NCBI GenBank assembly: GCA_002104905.1
Contig: MCFE01000146.1
Coordinates: 1 to 64,000 of the forward strand
Length of the DNA stretch: 64,000 nt
DNA from: Basidiobolus meristosporus CBS 931.73
Lineage: Eukaryota > Fungi > Basidiobolomycota
Reading direction: 5' to 3'
Shown piece by piece: positions 38,241-50,945 of this stretch. The translations under genes and the position numbers were made by a program. The notes under the pieces are model-generated. The model saw nothing but the letters and a program-made list of their open reading frames with translations. It searched no databases and was not told the DNA's origin. Positions within the stretch are counted from its first letter, which is position 1; the number at the start of each line of letters is the position of its first letter.

Positions 38241-41200
38241 TGTTGTAAGAGTTTTGGAGATATTGAATATGATTGGGAAATAAGTAGGTTATGTGGTTTT
38301 CACTTGATGATTTATTGGACAAAAAAGTAGTATATATACTTTATATGATCTTGGCAAGACAAGCAAGTAGGATATATTTAGCAAGGTCCCAAGAGCATGC
38401 GTGCAAAGTTTGGGGGTGTTTGGACAACTTATCAAAACTTCATGTTATGGGTGCTGATAGGCTGGTGAAAATATTCCAAATAAATCCCAACAAGAAATTT
38501 GATCAGAATTTTCTAGGATTTTTATGTAATGGTCTAAGTGACTAAGCTGGGTAAATATTAGGTTCAACTACAAAATCCCACAATTCTCTTGCTCAACTAA
38601 ATACTCATATCAACTATTCCTAGTTGTGGTCTAAGATACTCAAATTTGTCTCTAGCTAATTGTTTGGTAAATATGTCAGCAATCATTTCAGCTATACAAT
38701 GGTAAGTTAGTAAGTTATCTGAGTTTACCCATCAGACTGGTCCACATACATGTCCTGATCAAGTTCTCCATTCAAAAATGCAGTTTTTACATCTATTTGA
38801 TGAATAAAATACTTATATTTGGCTGCAATAGCCTATATTAATCTAATGGAATTAAACTTGGCTACCGGTGCAAAGGTCTCAGTATGGTTAAGTCCTTTGG
38901 CTTGAGAGTATCCTTTGGCCACAAGTCTTGCTTTGTATCTTTCAATTGAACCTTCAACCTTGTATTTTGTCTTGAAGACCCATCTGCATCCAATTGATTT
39001 TTGGTTGATTGGCAATTTGACTAAGTCCCAAGTTTGATTTTCCATCAGGGTCTGATATTCCTCCATCATTGCAGATCTCCAAAACTTTGTCTGTGGGCTA
39101 TTTAGGGCCTCTTTTACAGTCTGGGGCTCATCAATACAGACTGAATAGGCATAGGCTAAGTTTGTACCCTCATTGATATATCAATTTGGGCCATTTCTTG
39201 ACTGATTGCATCTCCTGGCATTTGATACTGGAATGATCACTTCTGGGATATTCCTGGGCACTGATTCTGGCTGAACCACATTTGTAGAGTCCTCTGGAGT
39301 GAAAAAATCTTCATTGTTTTGCTCTGATTTGATCCTGACAATTGGTGGACTTGAAATCCCTTTTTGTCACCATCTGATGTCATTTTTTGTGAAACTTCTG
39401 AATTTTCATCAAACCACACATCCCAGGACTTGATTAGCTTCTTTGCTTTGGTATTGTAGAGTCTGTATGCTCTACTCTCATTGCAATAGCCCAAAAATAT
39501 GCATTTTACACTTTTTGGCTCAAATTTTGAATGATTTCTGGGCAGTTGCTTGGCATATGCTGTACACCCAAACATTCTTAGATGTTCTGCACTTGGTCTG
39601 TATCCATAACATGCTTCTGATGGAGTAGAATCATAAAGTATTCTATTGTTACTCCTACTTTTTGTTGTAAGAGTCTCGGAGATATTGGTAGTGATTGGGA
39701 GAACAAGTAGATTATGTGGTTTTTACTTAATGATTTATTGAATGTAAAAGTAGTATTTATATTTTTACCTGGTCTTGGCATTAAAAGCATGTAGAATACG
39801 TTAAGAAAGGTCCCAAGAACATGTGTGCAAAGTTTGGGGCTGTTTGGACAACTTATCAAATTTTCATGTTCTGGGTACCTGGTATTTTGGTGAAAATATT
39901 CTAAGTAAATCCCAACAAGGAATTTGGTCAGTATTCTCTAGGATTTGAGGGTAATGATCTAAGTGACTAAGTTAGGTGAATATTTAGGTGGAATTACAAA
40001 TTTTTACAACATTTTTAAGGTATACAACAGTGACAACTCATTCTGCCCATATATCATAGGATAATTTTTGATCATGAATCATAGATCTTGTCATATCAAT
40101 TATTGATCTGTTAGCATGTTCAGCTACTCCATTTAGCTGTGGGGAGTATGGTACAGTAGTCTCTTACTTTATCTCATGAACTTTGCAGAACTGGATGAAG
40201 TGTTTGGAGGTATATTCTCCACTATTATCAGAGCATATTTTCTTGATTTTTCCACCAGTTTCTCTCTCCACTGTGGCATTAGACTCCCTGAGCTTAGACA
40301 GGGCTTCTTCCTTTCTCTCCATGAAGTAGACTCATATGTATCTTGTATAAGAATCAATAAAAGTGATTAAATACTTGATCCTACCTAAGGATGAATTTTG
40401 CATAGGTCCACACAGATCTGAGTGAATTAGATCTAGTTTTTCTTATTTTTGATTAACCCAGAGCTCTTGAGCAGTTGTCTGGCTTGTGTCCCATATATGC
40501 ATGTTTCACAGTGCTCCAAATTAGCTGGGGATTAATTTTTACTCTGGAAATTAGCTGAACTTTGATCATTTTGCACATATAATCAAACTTGATGTGCCCA
40601 AATATCCTGTGCCAAAGCATTGGTGTTTCTTCATTTAAGTTACTTATATTGGCTTCCAAATATGATGGAGTATAAGTCAGCCTGTATAGGTTCTGATCTC
40701 TGATACCCAAAGCAATATGGGCACCATTTTTATCAGTGATCTTGCTTCCAGCATTGTCAATGCTGAAACTGAGTCCTTCTGCAGTGGCCTTTCTTACAGA
40801 TAGTAGGTTCTTGGCTATTTCTGGTACATAGAATACCTCTTTAAAGGTCAGTGTATGGCTACCCTCACTGCTTCTTAGGTTTACTTGGATAGTTCCTTCT
40901 CCCACTGCATCAAATGTTCTATGGTCACCCATGAAAGACTTCTTGATTGGTATTTCTTGATATTGGGTAAAAGTTCTTTTTGTTGTGTAAAGTGTCAAGA
41001 TGCTCCAGAGTCAATATACCACATCTGAGAATCCTTGTTTGTGGTCATGTTTAGTGCAGATATGAATAGTCTATCTTCAGTTGTTGGAGCGTTTCCATAT
41101 TCAGGCTTTTTCTGCTGCCTATCTTTCTTTTGAAGCACTGGTCTGATGTGTGTCCTTTCCTTTTGCAGTGGTTGCAAAACAGGATGCTGTTGTCTTTGTA

Positions 41201-42229
41201 GGGTCTTGGGTACCTCCTTTGTTGGTTATCATTGCTTATTAAAGCATTCTCTTCTTCCTTCTTATTGGTGCTTGATTTTCTTAGTTCTTCCTCCAGGAGC
41301 CTTCCATATACATAATATAAGGTTAAATCTTCAGTTCTGGACTCTAGGACTGATACAAGGCTCTGAAACATGTCTGTCAGGCTATTCAGCATGGTGACTA
41401 GCACATCCTCATCAGTAGCTGGTATACCCACAGATTTGATTTCATCTACCAGCAGGGTAATTCTGTTAATTAGATTTTTCATTTCTTCTCCTGGCAGCAT
41501 CTTTGTAGTAAAGATTTTTGTCTTGGTTACATTTTCCTAGCAGCTGAACATGACTGGTAGATGTCTTCTAATGCCTTCCAGGCATTCTTTGCCGTGTTTG
41601 CTCTTAAGCATCAAATTAGCAATTTGTCCTTAACATTAAGGCAAAGGCAGTTAAAGACACTTTGTTCTTTCTTATGGTACTTTAAGGCCTCTGCTCCCAC
41701 ATTTCTAGGAGGGCATTCTTCTCCCATGACAACATCCCAAAGGCCTCTTTCTTGTAGCAGCATCTTCATCTTCACCTTCCATACTTGGTAGTTAGATCCA
41801 TCCAACTTTTCAGTGGAGGGAAAAATTCCAGTAATAGCAGTTGTAGACATTGCAAAGCATGACAGCTTGAGGCTCATAACCTGTTGTAAGAGTCTTGGAG
41901 GTATTGGAAGTAATTGGGAGGACAAGTGGATTATCTGGTTTTCACTTAATGATTTATTTAATGTAAAAGTAGTATTTATAATTTTACCTGGTCTTGGCAT
42001 ACCAAACACATAAAGTAGGTGAAGCAAGACCCCAGGAGCATGTGTGTAAAGCTCAGGGCTGTTTGGACAGCTTTGAGAATTTTGATATTCTGGGTACCTG
42101 ATAATTTGGTGATAATATTCTAAGTAAATCCCAACAAGGAATTTGGTCAGTATTCTCTAGGAATTGAAGGTAATGCTCTAAGTGACTAAGTTAGGTGAAT
42201 ATTTAGGTGGAATTACAATTTTTACAACA
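38241..42229 (-). mobile_element. Ty1/copia element A (decayed; internal RT-RNaseH deletion; contains a solo LTR)
   Basis: LTRs 38241-38582 and 41882-42229 (TGT...ACA). Remnants of gag (EKLDGSNYQVWKVKM; CNHCKRKGHTSDQC), protease (WYIDSGAS), integrase (FGCTAY...KCIFLGY) and RT start (WVFKTK...YKARLVAKGYSQ). PBS GGTTATGAGCC. Confidence 0.9.
39663..40011. mobile_element. Solo LTR of the same copia family inside the integrase of element A
   Basis: TGTTGTAA...TTACAACA ends; similar to the other copia LTRs; flanks CTTTT/TTTTT. The equivalent empty site is visible in element B at about 44241-44260. Confidence 0.85.
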
Positions 42230-45200
42230 CTACCACTCAGCTAAATGTTCATACTGACTAGTCCTAATTTTGACATATGATATTCAATCTTGTGTCTAGC
42301 TAATTGCTTGGTAAATATGTCTGCAATCATTTCATCTGAAGGACAGTAAACTAAGCTAACTAAGTTATTGTCTATAGCTTCATGTATGATATGATGTCTA
42401 ATATCTATGTGCTTAGTTCTAGCATGAAAAGTTGGATTTCTACCTAATTGTATACATCCTTGATTATCTTGAAATAAATTAATAGGCGTTTTTTGACATA
42501 GGACTAAATCTGTATAAAGCTTTCTTAACCACATTACTTCTTTTGTAGCTTCACAGGCTGCCCTGCCTCTGTGGTGGAAAGTACTACAGTTGGTTGCTTT
42601 CTTGAATTCCATGAAATTGCTCCTTTACAGTAAAGAACGGTGTATCCTGTGGTGTATCTTCTGTCCTTTAAATATTGTCCCCAATCAGCATCAGAATATC
42701 CCACAAGATCCTGTTCTGAGTCAGTATAAGTGTATCTCAAGCAGATATCAGCAGTTCCTTTTAGGTATTTAAAAATCCACTTAACTGCTGCAATATGATC
42801 AGATCCATAGTTCTGATTATGCTGGCTGACAACTCCCACTGAATATGAGATATCTGAAAGTGCCTCAAGCATGATATATATCAGATTGTCAACCATAGAT
42901 TAATAAGGACTGTCAGGGCTTTCAGATGGCTCCAAGCTCTCTTGACCTAGTTGAGATTTGACCAAGGTAAGGTTTGTCACCATTGGTGTAGCTACCAGTT
43001 TACAGTCTTCCATTTGGTACTGCTTTAGTATATCTTGAGTATACTTGGATTGGCTTACAGTGATAGTCTGGGTATTTCTGTCTATGGAGAACTTTATCCC
43101 TAAGTAGTAACTGAGTTCTCCTAGATTGGTTATCTTGAACTCTTTATATAGGCTAGATTTAGTCTCTTCCAATGTTTTTAGTATATTGATGGCTATAATA
43201 AGATCATCCACATATAGAGCTAATAGAACTTGGTTTGCAATATCTGACTTATAGTATGTACCATAGTCAGCATTACTCCTTTTGATACTCAAGGATTTCA
43301 AATAAGAATATATCTTGCAATTCCAGGCTCTTGGTGATTGTTTGAGACCATATAGATATTTTAAGCTTGCAGACCAGATGGGGGTTATCTTGGTCAGCAA
43401 ACCCATCAGGCTGGTCCATATACATGTCCTCATCAAGCTCTCCATTCAAATATGCAGTTTTAACATCCATTTGATGTATAAAAAACTTGTATTTGGCAGC
43501 AATAGCCAATATCAATCTGATGGAATCAAACTTGGCCACCAGTGCAAAGCTCTCAGTATAGTCAAGTCATTGTGTTTGAGAGTATCCTTTGGCCACAAGT
43601 CTTGCTTTGTATTTTTTAATTTAACCATCAGCCTTGTATTTTGTCTCAAAGACCCATCTGCATCCAATTGCAGATCTCCAAAACTTTGTCTGAGGGCTAA
43701 TCAGGGCCTCTTTTACAGTGTGGGGCTCATCAATATGGACTGAATAGGCATAGGCTAAGTTTATACCCTCATTGATACAGTAATTTGCGCTATTTCTTGT
43801 CCAGCTGGATCTCCTGGTATTTGATACTTGAGTGATCACTTCTGGGATATTCCTGGGCACTGATTCAGGCTGAATCACATTTGCAGAGTCCTCTGGAGTG
43901 AAAAGGTTCTCATTGTTTTGCTCTAAATCAATCTTGACTATTGGTGGACATGAGATCAAATTTTTGTCATTATCTAATGTCATTTTTTGCGACAATTTTG
44001 AATTTTCACCATACAACACATCCATGGACTTAATCAGCTTCTTTGCTTTGGTATTGTAGAGTCTGTATGCCTTACTCTTGTTGCAGTAGCCCAAAAATAT
44101 GCACTTTACACTTTTTGGCTTAAATTTTGACTGATTTCCTTGGCATATACTTTACACCCAAACATTCTTAGATGTTCTGCACTTGGTCTGTAATCATACC
44201 ATGCTTCAAATGGAGTAGAATCACAAAGTATTCTGTTATAACTCCTATTTTTAAGGTATACAGCAGTGGTAACTGACTCTGCCCAAAATAATATGATATT
44301 TTTTGATCATAGATCATTCAGCTTGTCATATCAGTTATTGATCTATTTGCATGTTCCACTTGTCCATTTTGCCATGGGGAGTATGGTACAGTAGTCTCTT
44401 GCTTTATCCCATGAATTTTCCAGAAGTGGATGAAGAGTTCTGCGGTATATTCTCCACCAATGTCTGAGAATATTTTCATTATATTTTCACCAGTTTTCTC
44501 TCCACAATGGCTCTAAACTCCCTGAGCTTAGACAGAGCTTCATCCTTTTTCTCCATGAAGTAGACCCACATGAATCTTATATAACCATCTGTTATGAATA
44601 GACACAAGGCAGGAGGAAAAGCTAGGCACGGCAGGAAAGGACTTAGGTGTGGACCATCAAGGCAAGGCTGTTTATTCAAGACCTGTGTTTATCAGACTGA
44701 GGAATACTTAAGGGGGGATAGGACTATATATACTTTTTGGTTATACTGATGCCAAGAGATATTGGCAAATACTAATGGGGTTGTGGGGTGAGGCACAGTA
44801 ATGGTGCTGGGGATAATGACATAGATGACACAGCACTGAGACAGGATGGGGAAGTGGATTGGGTCACCTGATCATGTGACTAAGTCATGTGACCTGGTAA
44901 TTCCATATACGGTACTGGACTATGAAAAATACAATGGGAAGCTTCCATGGAATGTTCCATTGTGTAACAATGGTTTGGAATGGTCAGGAACTTTTGGGAA
45001 GGTGGTAGAAGGTTCCAGAAGGAATCTCTTAGAAATTGAGCTTGGAAGCTGAAACTTGGCATGGGTGTTTGTGGTTGTCATGTGATCATGACACCATCAA
45101 TAAGTGTGATTCAATACTTCATCTTGCCTAATGATAAATCTTGTGTAGGTCCACATAGATCTAAGTGAATTAGATCTAAATTTTTCTTAGTTTTGATTAG

Positions 45201-46927
45201 CCCTAAGCTTGTGAACAGTTGTCTGGCTTGTTTCTCATATTTGCAGGCTTTACAGTGCTCCAAACTAGCTGGGGGATCAATTTTTACTCCAGAAATTGGC
45301 TGATCTTTGATCATTTTGCGCAAATAATCAAAATCAATGTGTTGAAATCTTCTGTGTGAAAGCATTAGTGTTCTTCATTTAAGTTACTTATTTGGCTTCC
45401 AGATATACTGGAAGATAAGTCACCTTATATAGATTCCAATCTCTGATACCCAAAGCAATATTGGGACCATTTTGATCAGTGATCCTGTATCCAGAATTGT
45501 CAAAACTGGGACTGAGTCCTTCTGCAGTGGCCTTGCTTACAGATAGTAGGTTCCTGGCTATTTCTGGTACATAGAGTACTTATTCAAAGGTCAGTGTATG
45601 GCTTCCTTCACTGCTTCTAAGGTATACTTGAATAGTTCCTTCTCCCACTGCATCAAGTGTTCAACTGACACCCGTGAAAACCTTCTTGATTGGAATTTCT
45701 TCATATTGGGTAGAAAGTTCTTTTTGGTGTGTAAAGTGTTGGGATTCTCCAGAGTCAATGTAGCACATCTGAGAATCCTTGTTTGTGGTTGTATTTAGTA
45801 CAGATATGTATAGTCTGTTGCTGCAGTGTTTATATATTCAGGCTTTTCTTGCTAATTATCTCACTCTTTGCAACACTAGTCTGATGTGCATCCTTTCCTT
45901 TTGCAATAGTAGCAAAGCAGATTGCTGTTGCCTTTGTAGTGTCTTGGGTCCTCATTAGTTGGTTAACATTGCTTATTAAAGCATTTTCTTCTTCCTTCTT
46001 ATAGGTGCTTGAATTTCTTAATTCTTCATCCATATACATAATTTAAGGTCAAGTATTCAGTTCTAGACTCTAGGGCTGATACAGGCTCTGAAACTTGTCT
46101 GTCAGGCTATTCAGGATAGTAACTATCACATCCTCATTAGTAGTTAGTATGCCCACAGATTCCATCTCATCCACCAGCAGGGTAGTTCTGTAAATTAGAT
46201 TTTTCATTTCTTCTCCTGGCTGCAGCGTGTGTTTCAGAATTTTTGTCTTGGATACATTTTCTTAGCAGCTGAATATGACTGGCAGGTGTCTTCAAATGCC
46301 TTCCAGGTATTCTTTGCCATTTTTGTCTTTGACATTTAGGCATATGCAGCTGAAGGCACTTTGTTTATTCTTCTGGTACTTTAAGGATTCCCCTCCTATG
46401 TTTTTAGGAGGGCATTCTTCTCCCATAACAGAATCGCAAAGGCCTCTCTCTTGTAGCAGCATCTTCATCTTCAACTTTAACATGTGGTAGTTAGATCCAT
46501 CCAACTTTTCAGCAGAGGGGAAAAATCCAGTAAGTGCAGTGGTAGACATTGCAGAGAGTGACAACTTGGGGCTCATAACCTGTTGTAAGTGTCTTGGAGA
46601 TATTGGAAGTGTTTGGGAGAACAAGTAGATTATGTGGTGTTCACTTAGTGATTTATTGAATGCCAAAGTAGTAGTTACACTTTATATAGTCTTGACACTA
46701 CAAGCATGTGGAGTAGGTTAAAGAAGGTCCCAAGAACATGTGTGCAAAGCTTAGGGCTGTTTGAACAACTTTGAGTATTTTCATGTACTGGGTACATGGT
46801 AATTTGGTGAAAATATTCCAAGTAAATTCCAACAAGGATTTTGGTCAGTATTGTCTAGGACTTGAAGGTGATGATTCAAGTGACTAAGCTAGATGAATAT
46901 CTAGGTGGAGTTACAAGCTTTACGGCA
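41882..46927 (-). mobile_element. Ty1/copia element B (near full-length, frameshifted); its 3' LTR is the 5' LTR of element A
   Basis: LTRs 41882-42229 and 46581-46927. Remnants of gag, protease, integrase (LDLIHLDLCGP), RT (HQMDVKTAYLNGEL; LKYLYGLKQSPRAW; LALYVDDL) and RNaseH (GYSDADWG; ARTKHIDIRHH; ADIFTKQL). PBS GGTTATGAGCCCC. Confidence 0.9.
44590..45093 (-). mobile_element. Solo LTR (504 bp) of a different family inserted in the integrase of copia B
   Basis: TGTTATGA...TCATGACA ends with perfect 5-bp TSD CCATC. On the minus strand it starts TGTCATGATCACATG, like the chromovirus LTR at 50668. Confidence 0.85.
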
Positions 46928-49115
46928 TTTTGGATAACTTTGAGAAAGATCATACCCCAAGCATCTGAAAATTTGGTGAAAATATTCAAAGTAGATCCTC
47001 AGAAGAGAATTGGTCTGAATATAATGCTAATCAAACAGCAAGATCAATGTTGCTAAGTTAGCATGAATGTTTAGGTGACAACTTAATAGCTACAACACCA
47101 CCACTCAACAAACTATTCATAAGAAATAAATACACATTGAGAGTGTGCAATCTGTAATAAGCATATAAGACTTAATTGTGTTGCATATGGAACTAATATA
47201 TTATCCAGCAGTATACATATTTGTGCTCAGCTTAATTGAGCTAGTAACTTGTAATTCAATGTGCATATCTATTTTGTAGTATGCCTAAGAAATCTCATTG
47301 ATCTGATTGTAATACTAATCATCAACTTTAATTGGTTTTACAGGCTTAAGTAATGCGCTGTGTCTAATTGTCAGATTGTAATAATAATATATAGCCTCTG
47401 GGCTATCCAGTGCTTCTTATTTGAGCAAAATGTCCCACATTTGGTCAAGTTAAGGCTTTTTCATTTACAGTAGATTGGGAGTTTCCTTATTTCCAGGTAA
47501 AAGTCTAATTCATTTAGACAACTTCACTGTGTGTCCATATTAGCCTCAGGGTCAGTTACTTCCATCATATAGACACTAAATGAGGTAAGAGAAATGATTA
47601 ATATTGGGCCAAGTTAAGGTTTTGCATTTTATGCCTGATCCAGATTGTCCTCATTTCCTGGCACTGTGGCACATATCACAGGACCAAAGAAAAAGGTTTT
47701 TGCTCAACTCTGAGTTGGGATGGCCTACTCCCACTTGAAACATGCCTGTTTAGTGACTCAGATCCACAAAAAGAATCTAGATTGATCATCTTTGTATTCC
47801 TTAAGTAGCAATAACTTTCTCTGGACTTATTACTTCATTTACAGTAGATTCAAAGTATGTCCATTTGCCTCATGAATCACCCAGTTTGGTATCAAAAGTA
47901 CCGTAGATTGTTTGGTGGATATTTTCAGAGTGCTTCTACCAATTTGGACTTATACAGCTGCTTTTGTCTTATCAGAATATACTTGTGGGTACAAATATAT
48001 ATACTTGGCACCCACGTATATCAATTGTAGCTTTTGATACAGTAGACCATACTTGATCAAATAAACTGCATTTGAAAGTTAGTTTCATCTGTACTGGGTA
48101 TCAAACTCCAAAATATTAGCTTTTTGAGCAACAGAGCTTGGCATTCTTGCAATTGATTGTGTGGCACATAGTACTCCAGGTGGATATATATGTATTTTAT
48201 ATCTATAAGATCCTGGACAATTGGGGGAGCTTGCTTCTAAGATATTTGTTCTCTGATAAGTGGTCCAAAATGGCGGTTAACAGCTCCAGTATTTGCATTC
48301 TCAGCCTTATCTTGAGAAGCAACAAATTTGATATAATCTTCCTCCAGTGATCTTTAAATAATGATCTGTTTTTTTCTTGCAATTCAGGAAAATATTCCAC
48401 CCAAAAGCTTGTCCAACAGTCAATTGAGGTTGCATGGATATGTATAGCAGTACATTTCATTGCAGATCTGGACCCTCAATTGTTGGAATTATGCAATTTT
48501 CTTCAGTAGTGGTGGAGCACCAACATACTATATTTCTTGACATATTTACATGGCTGCTTGATATACTCTCCCTCATAACTAGCTTTAGTAGCTACCAAAG
48601 GGGTCTTTTGGAGGCATATCCATCTTCTCCGCAGCAATATCATCATGAGCAAAGTCCTTTTAACAGCAGTAGTCATCTTTAGCTTCAGCAGTGCAATGGT
48701 GCCAAGAATCTTTCTCCAGACTAGCAGAAGTACATTCAAGGCAAGGTAGACACCAAAAAGAGAGCAAGCTTGGGACTAATAACCTGTTGCACTATTCTAA
48801 GGAGTATTGGAAGAGGATTTACGTGTTATTCACTTGTAGATTTATAGATCAGAAGTATGGTATTTATACCTTTGATATATTAGGGCAAACAGGCATGTAG
48901 AGTTTGTTAAGTAAGGTCCCAAGAATATGTGTGCAAAGTTTGGGGGCTTTTGGGCAACTTTGAGAAGGATCATAATCTGGTACCTGATAATTTGGTGAGA
49001 ATATTCTAAGTAAATCCTAACAAAAAATTGGTCAGGACAGAATGCCAATAAAAGAGTAAGATCTATGTGACTTAGCTAGCATGAATATTTAGATGACAAC
49101 TTAAGATTTACCACA
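46928..49115 (-). mobile_element. Non-autonomous copia-family derivative: 5' LTR 48785-49115, truncated 3' LTR 46928-47097, about 1.7 kb internal region lacking gag-pol motifs
   Basis: LTR similarity to the other copia LTRs; PBS variant GGTTATTAGTCCCAAG; TTGAGTGGTGG tract before the 3' LTR like CTGAGTGGTAG of element B. Confidence 0.65.
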
Positions 49116-49699
49116 TTTTTTAGCCTCACAGGCTGCTATTTATTCCACCTCTGTGGTGGAAAGTTATACAAATGGAGGCTAACTTGAGTTTGGTGAAATT
49201 GCTTCTTCACAGTAAAGGAAGGTGACTCCAGCAGCAGATATTCTGACCTCTAGATCTTGTCCCCAATCAGCAATCAATTATCCCAAAAGATCGTGATCTG
49301 AGCCCTGAAGCACAAGTATCACTGGTTCCTTTTAGATATCTAGAAATCTGCTTAACTGCTACAACAAAATTAGCTCTGTAGTTCTGATTAGGTCAACTGG
49401 CAACTACCACTGAAAACATGATATCTTGAGAAGCTCCTAGCATACTATATATGAAGTAACCTACCTTAGACTAGGAAGTGATGTCTAAGCTCTCATATGG
49501 CACCAGGCTTTCTTAATCTGGTTAAGTCTTAACCAAGTTATGATTTGTCTCCATTGAAGTGGCTGTAGTATTATAGTCTTCCATCTAGTACTTCTTAAGT
49601 ATACTGTGAGCATGTTTGGACTGGCTTAGGGTGATAGTGTGGGTACTTCTGTCCAGGGAGAACATTATCCTTAATTTGTTACTGAGCTCTCCTAGACCC
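49116..49699 (-). mobile_element. Copia RT/RNaseH fragment
   Basis: Similar to 42540-43130 (...LGELS..., YMKTTRLP, DWGQDL, STTEV). Truncated on both sides by other insertions. Confidence 0.7.
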
Positions 49700-50945
49700 T
49701 GTGATAAATTATATGGTCCCACAGGAGGATCTATTCCAGGTCCACCATCAAGATCTTACAATGAGGCCATCATAATGCCAGCATTGTGGAATTATGGATC
49801 CTCCTCATGATATTTCAATGGGATTGTGATGATGTTTTGTTAATTTTACTACTAAATGGGCTAGCAAGCTTAGTGGTTCTTTAGCAGTCCTTTGGTAGGA
49901 TTTGCATGATATTCTGACAGTCTTATTACAGTCTACACTTACTTGAGTCAGCACAACCAGCCCATACATGCAAATGCCAAATATGGAAAAATATACAATG
50001 GTGATCTGATGGCCTCAATGCTGACATACATGGGCATTATAGCAGCAGTACAGCAGCCTACAGATAGTTATGTTCAATAATGCTAAGAATCTACCAAATG
50101 GGCTTTCCTTTAGCAACCTCCCCTTGTGCTATTGATATATTCCATTGTAGGATCACCGCAGCTTATTTCTAGCCCACTACAACCATGGGTATTCCACATA
50201 TGGTTTGAATCAAAAAATAAATACAGCCCCCTGCTTACTAGCCTCTGCATATGCACACACCTACTGCAATTGACACACTTCTATCACCTCAACTTTGTGG
50301 CATTTGCATTTGATACTTGCAAAGTTGCTATATACCTTATATTGCTGGTGACAAATTCATCTGGCAAACATATGCTTGGTTGCCACCACTTTTGCCATGA
50401 ATACCTCCTGAATATCCACAAAGAACTCTTTGTTACTTGGCTAATATATTCCTTCTCCCTACTGGATTCTAGTCCCCCTTGTAGATTCACCCTAGTTCTT
50501 GCTTGTATGAATTCAATATTGAGTGGTGGGGAGATTGGCTTGTACCCAATAGAAGCCTGGCACATTATGGTAAAGTTGTATCAATAAGAGTTAGTTGCTT
50601 GATGCATCTAACCAAACTTTATATTACTTAGCTGATTACCCACACATTGAGCTGCTTAGCTTCTTAATGTCATGATCACATGTCATCCCTGATCTCCAAT
50701 GTTCAAGCTAAATCAAGTTGGTGAAGAAATGTGTCTACTCATAAGAGTTTTATCAATCTACTCTTGTCTTACCTGTGGATCTCTGCCTTCTACCCAAGTT
50801 CTTGAGAAGAACTTCTAAAGTAATACCTACCATAGGTATCACCCTGAATCTTTCCCTAGTCATGTCCTCTAGAGGCAAAGATACTTTATCTATGTAATAT
50901 TATTGGCCAAAGCTGCATTCACTTTATTACCCTGCTGGTGTAGTT

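Noticed and set aside
38241-49115. Recurring ~345-bp repeats as a CRISPR-like or satellite array
   Set aside because: They are copia LTRs with TG...CA ends, PBS and purine tracts, separated by retroelement coding remnants.
49700-50667. Possible transposase or integrase remnant in ORFs 50126-50587 and 50284-50565
   Set aside because: No DDE, zinc-finger or RT motif could be recognised, so it is left as an unclassified repeat.
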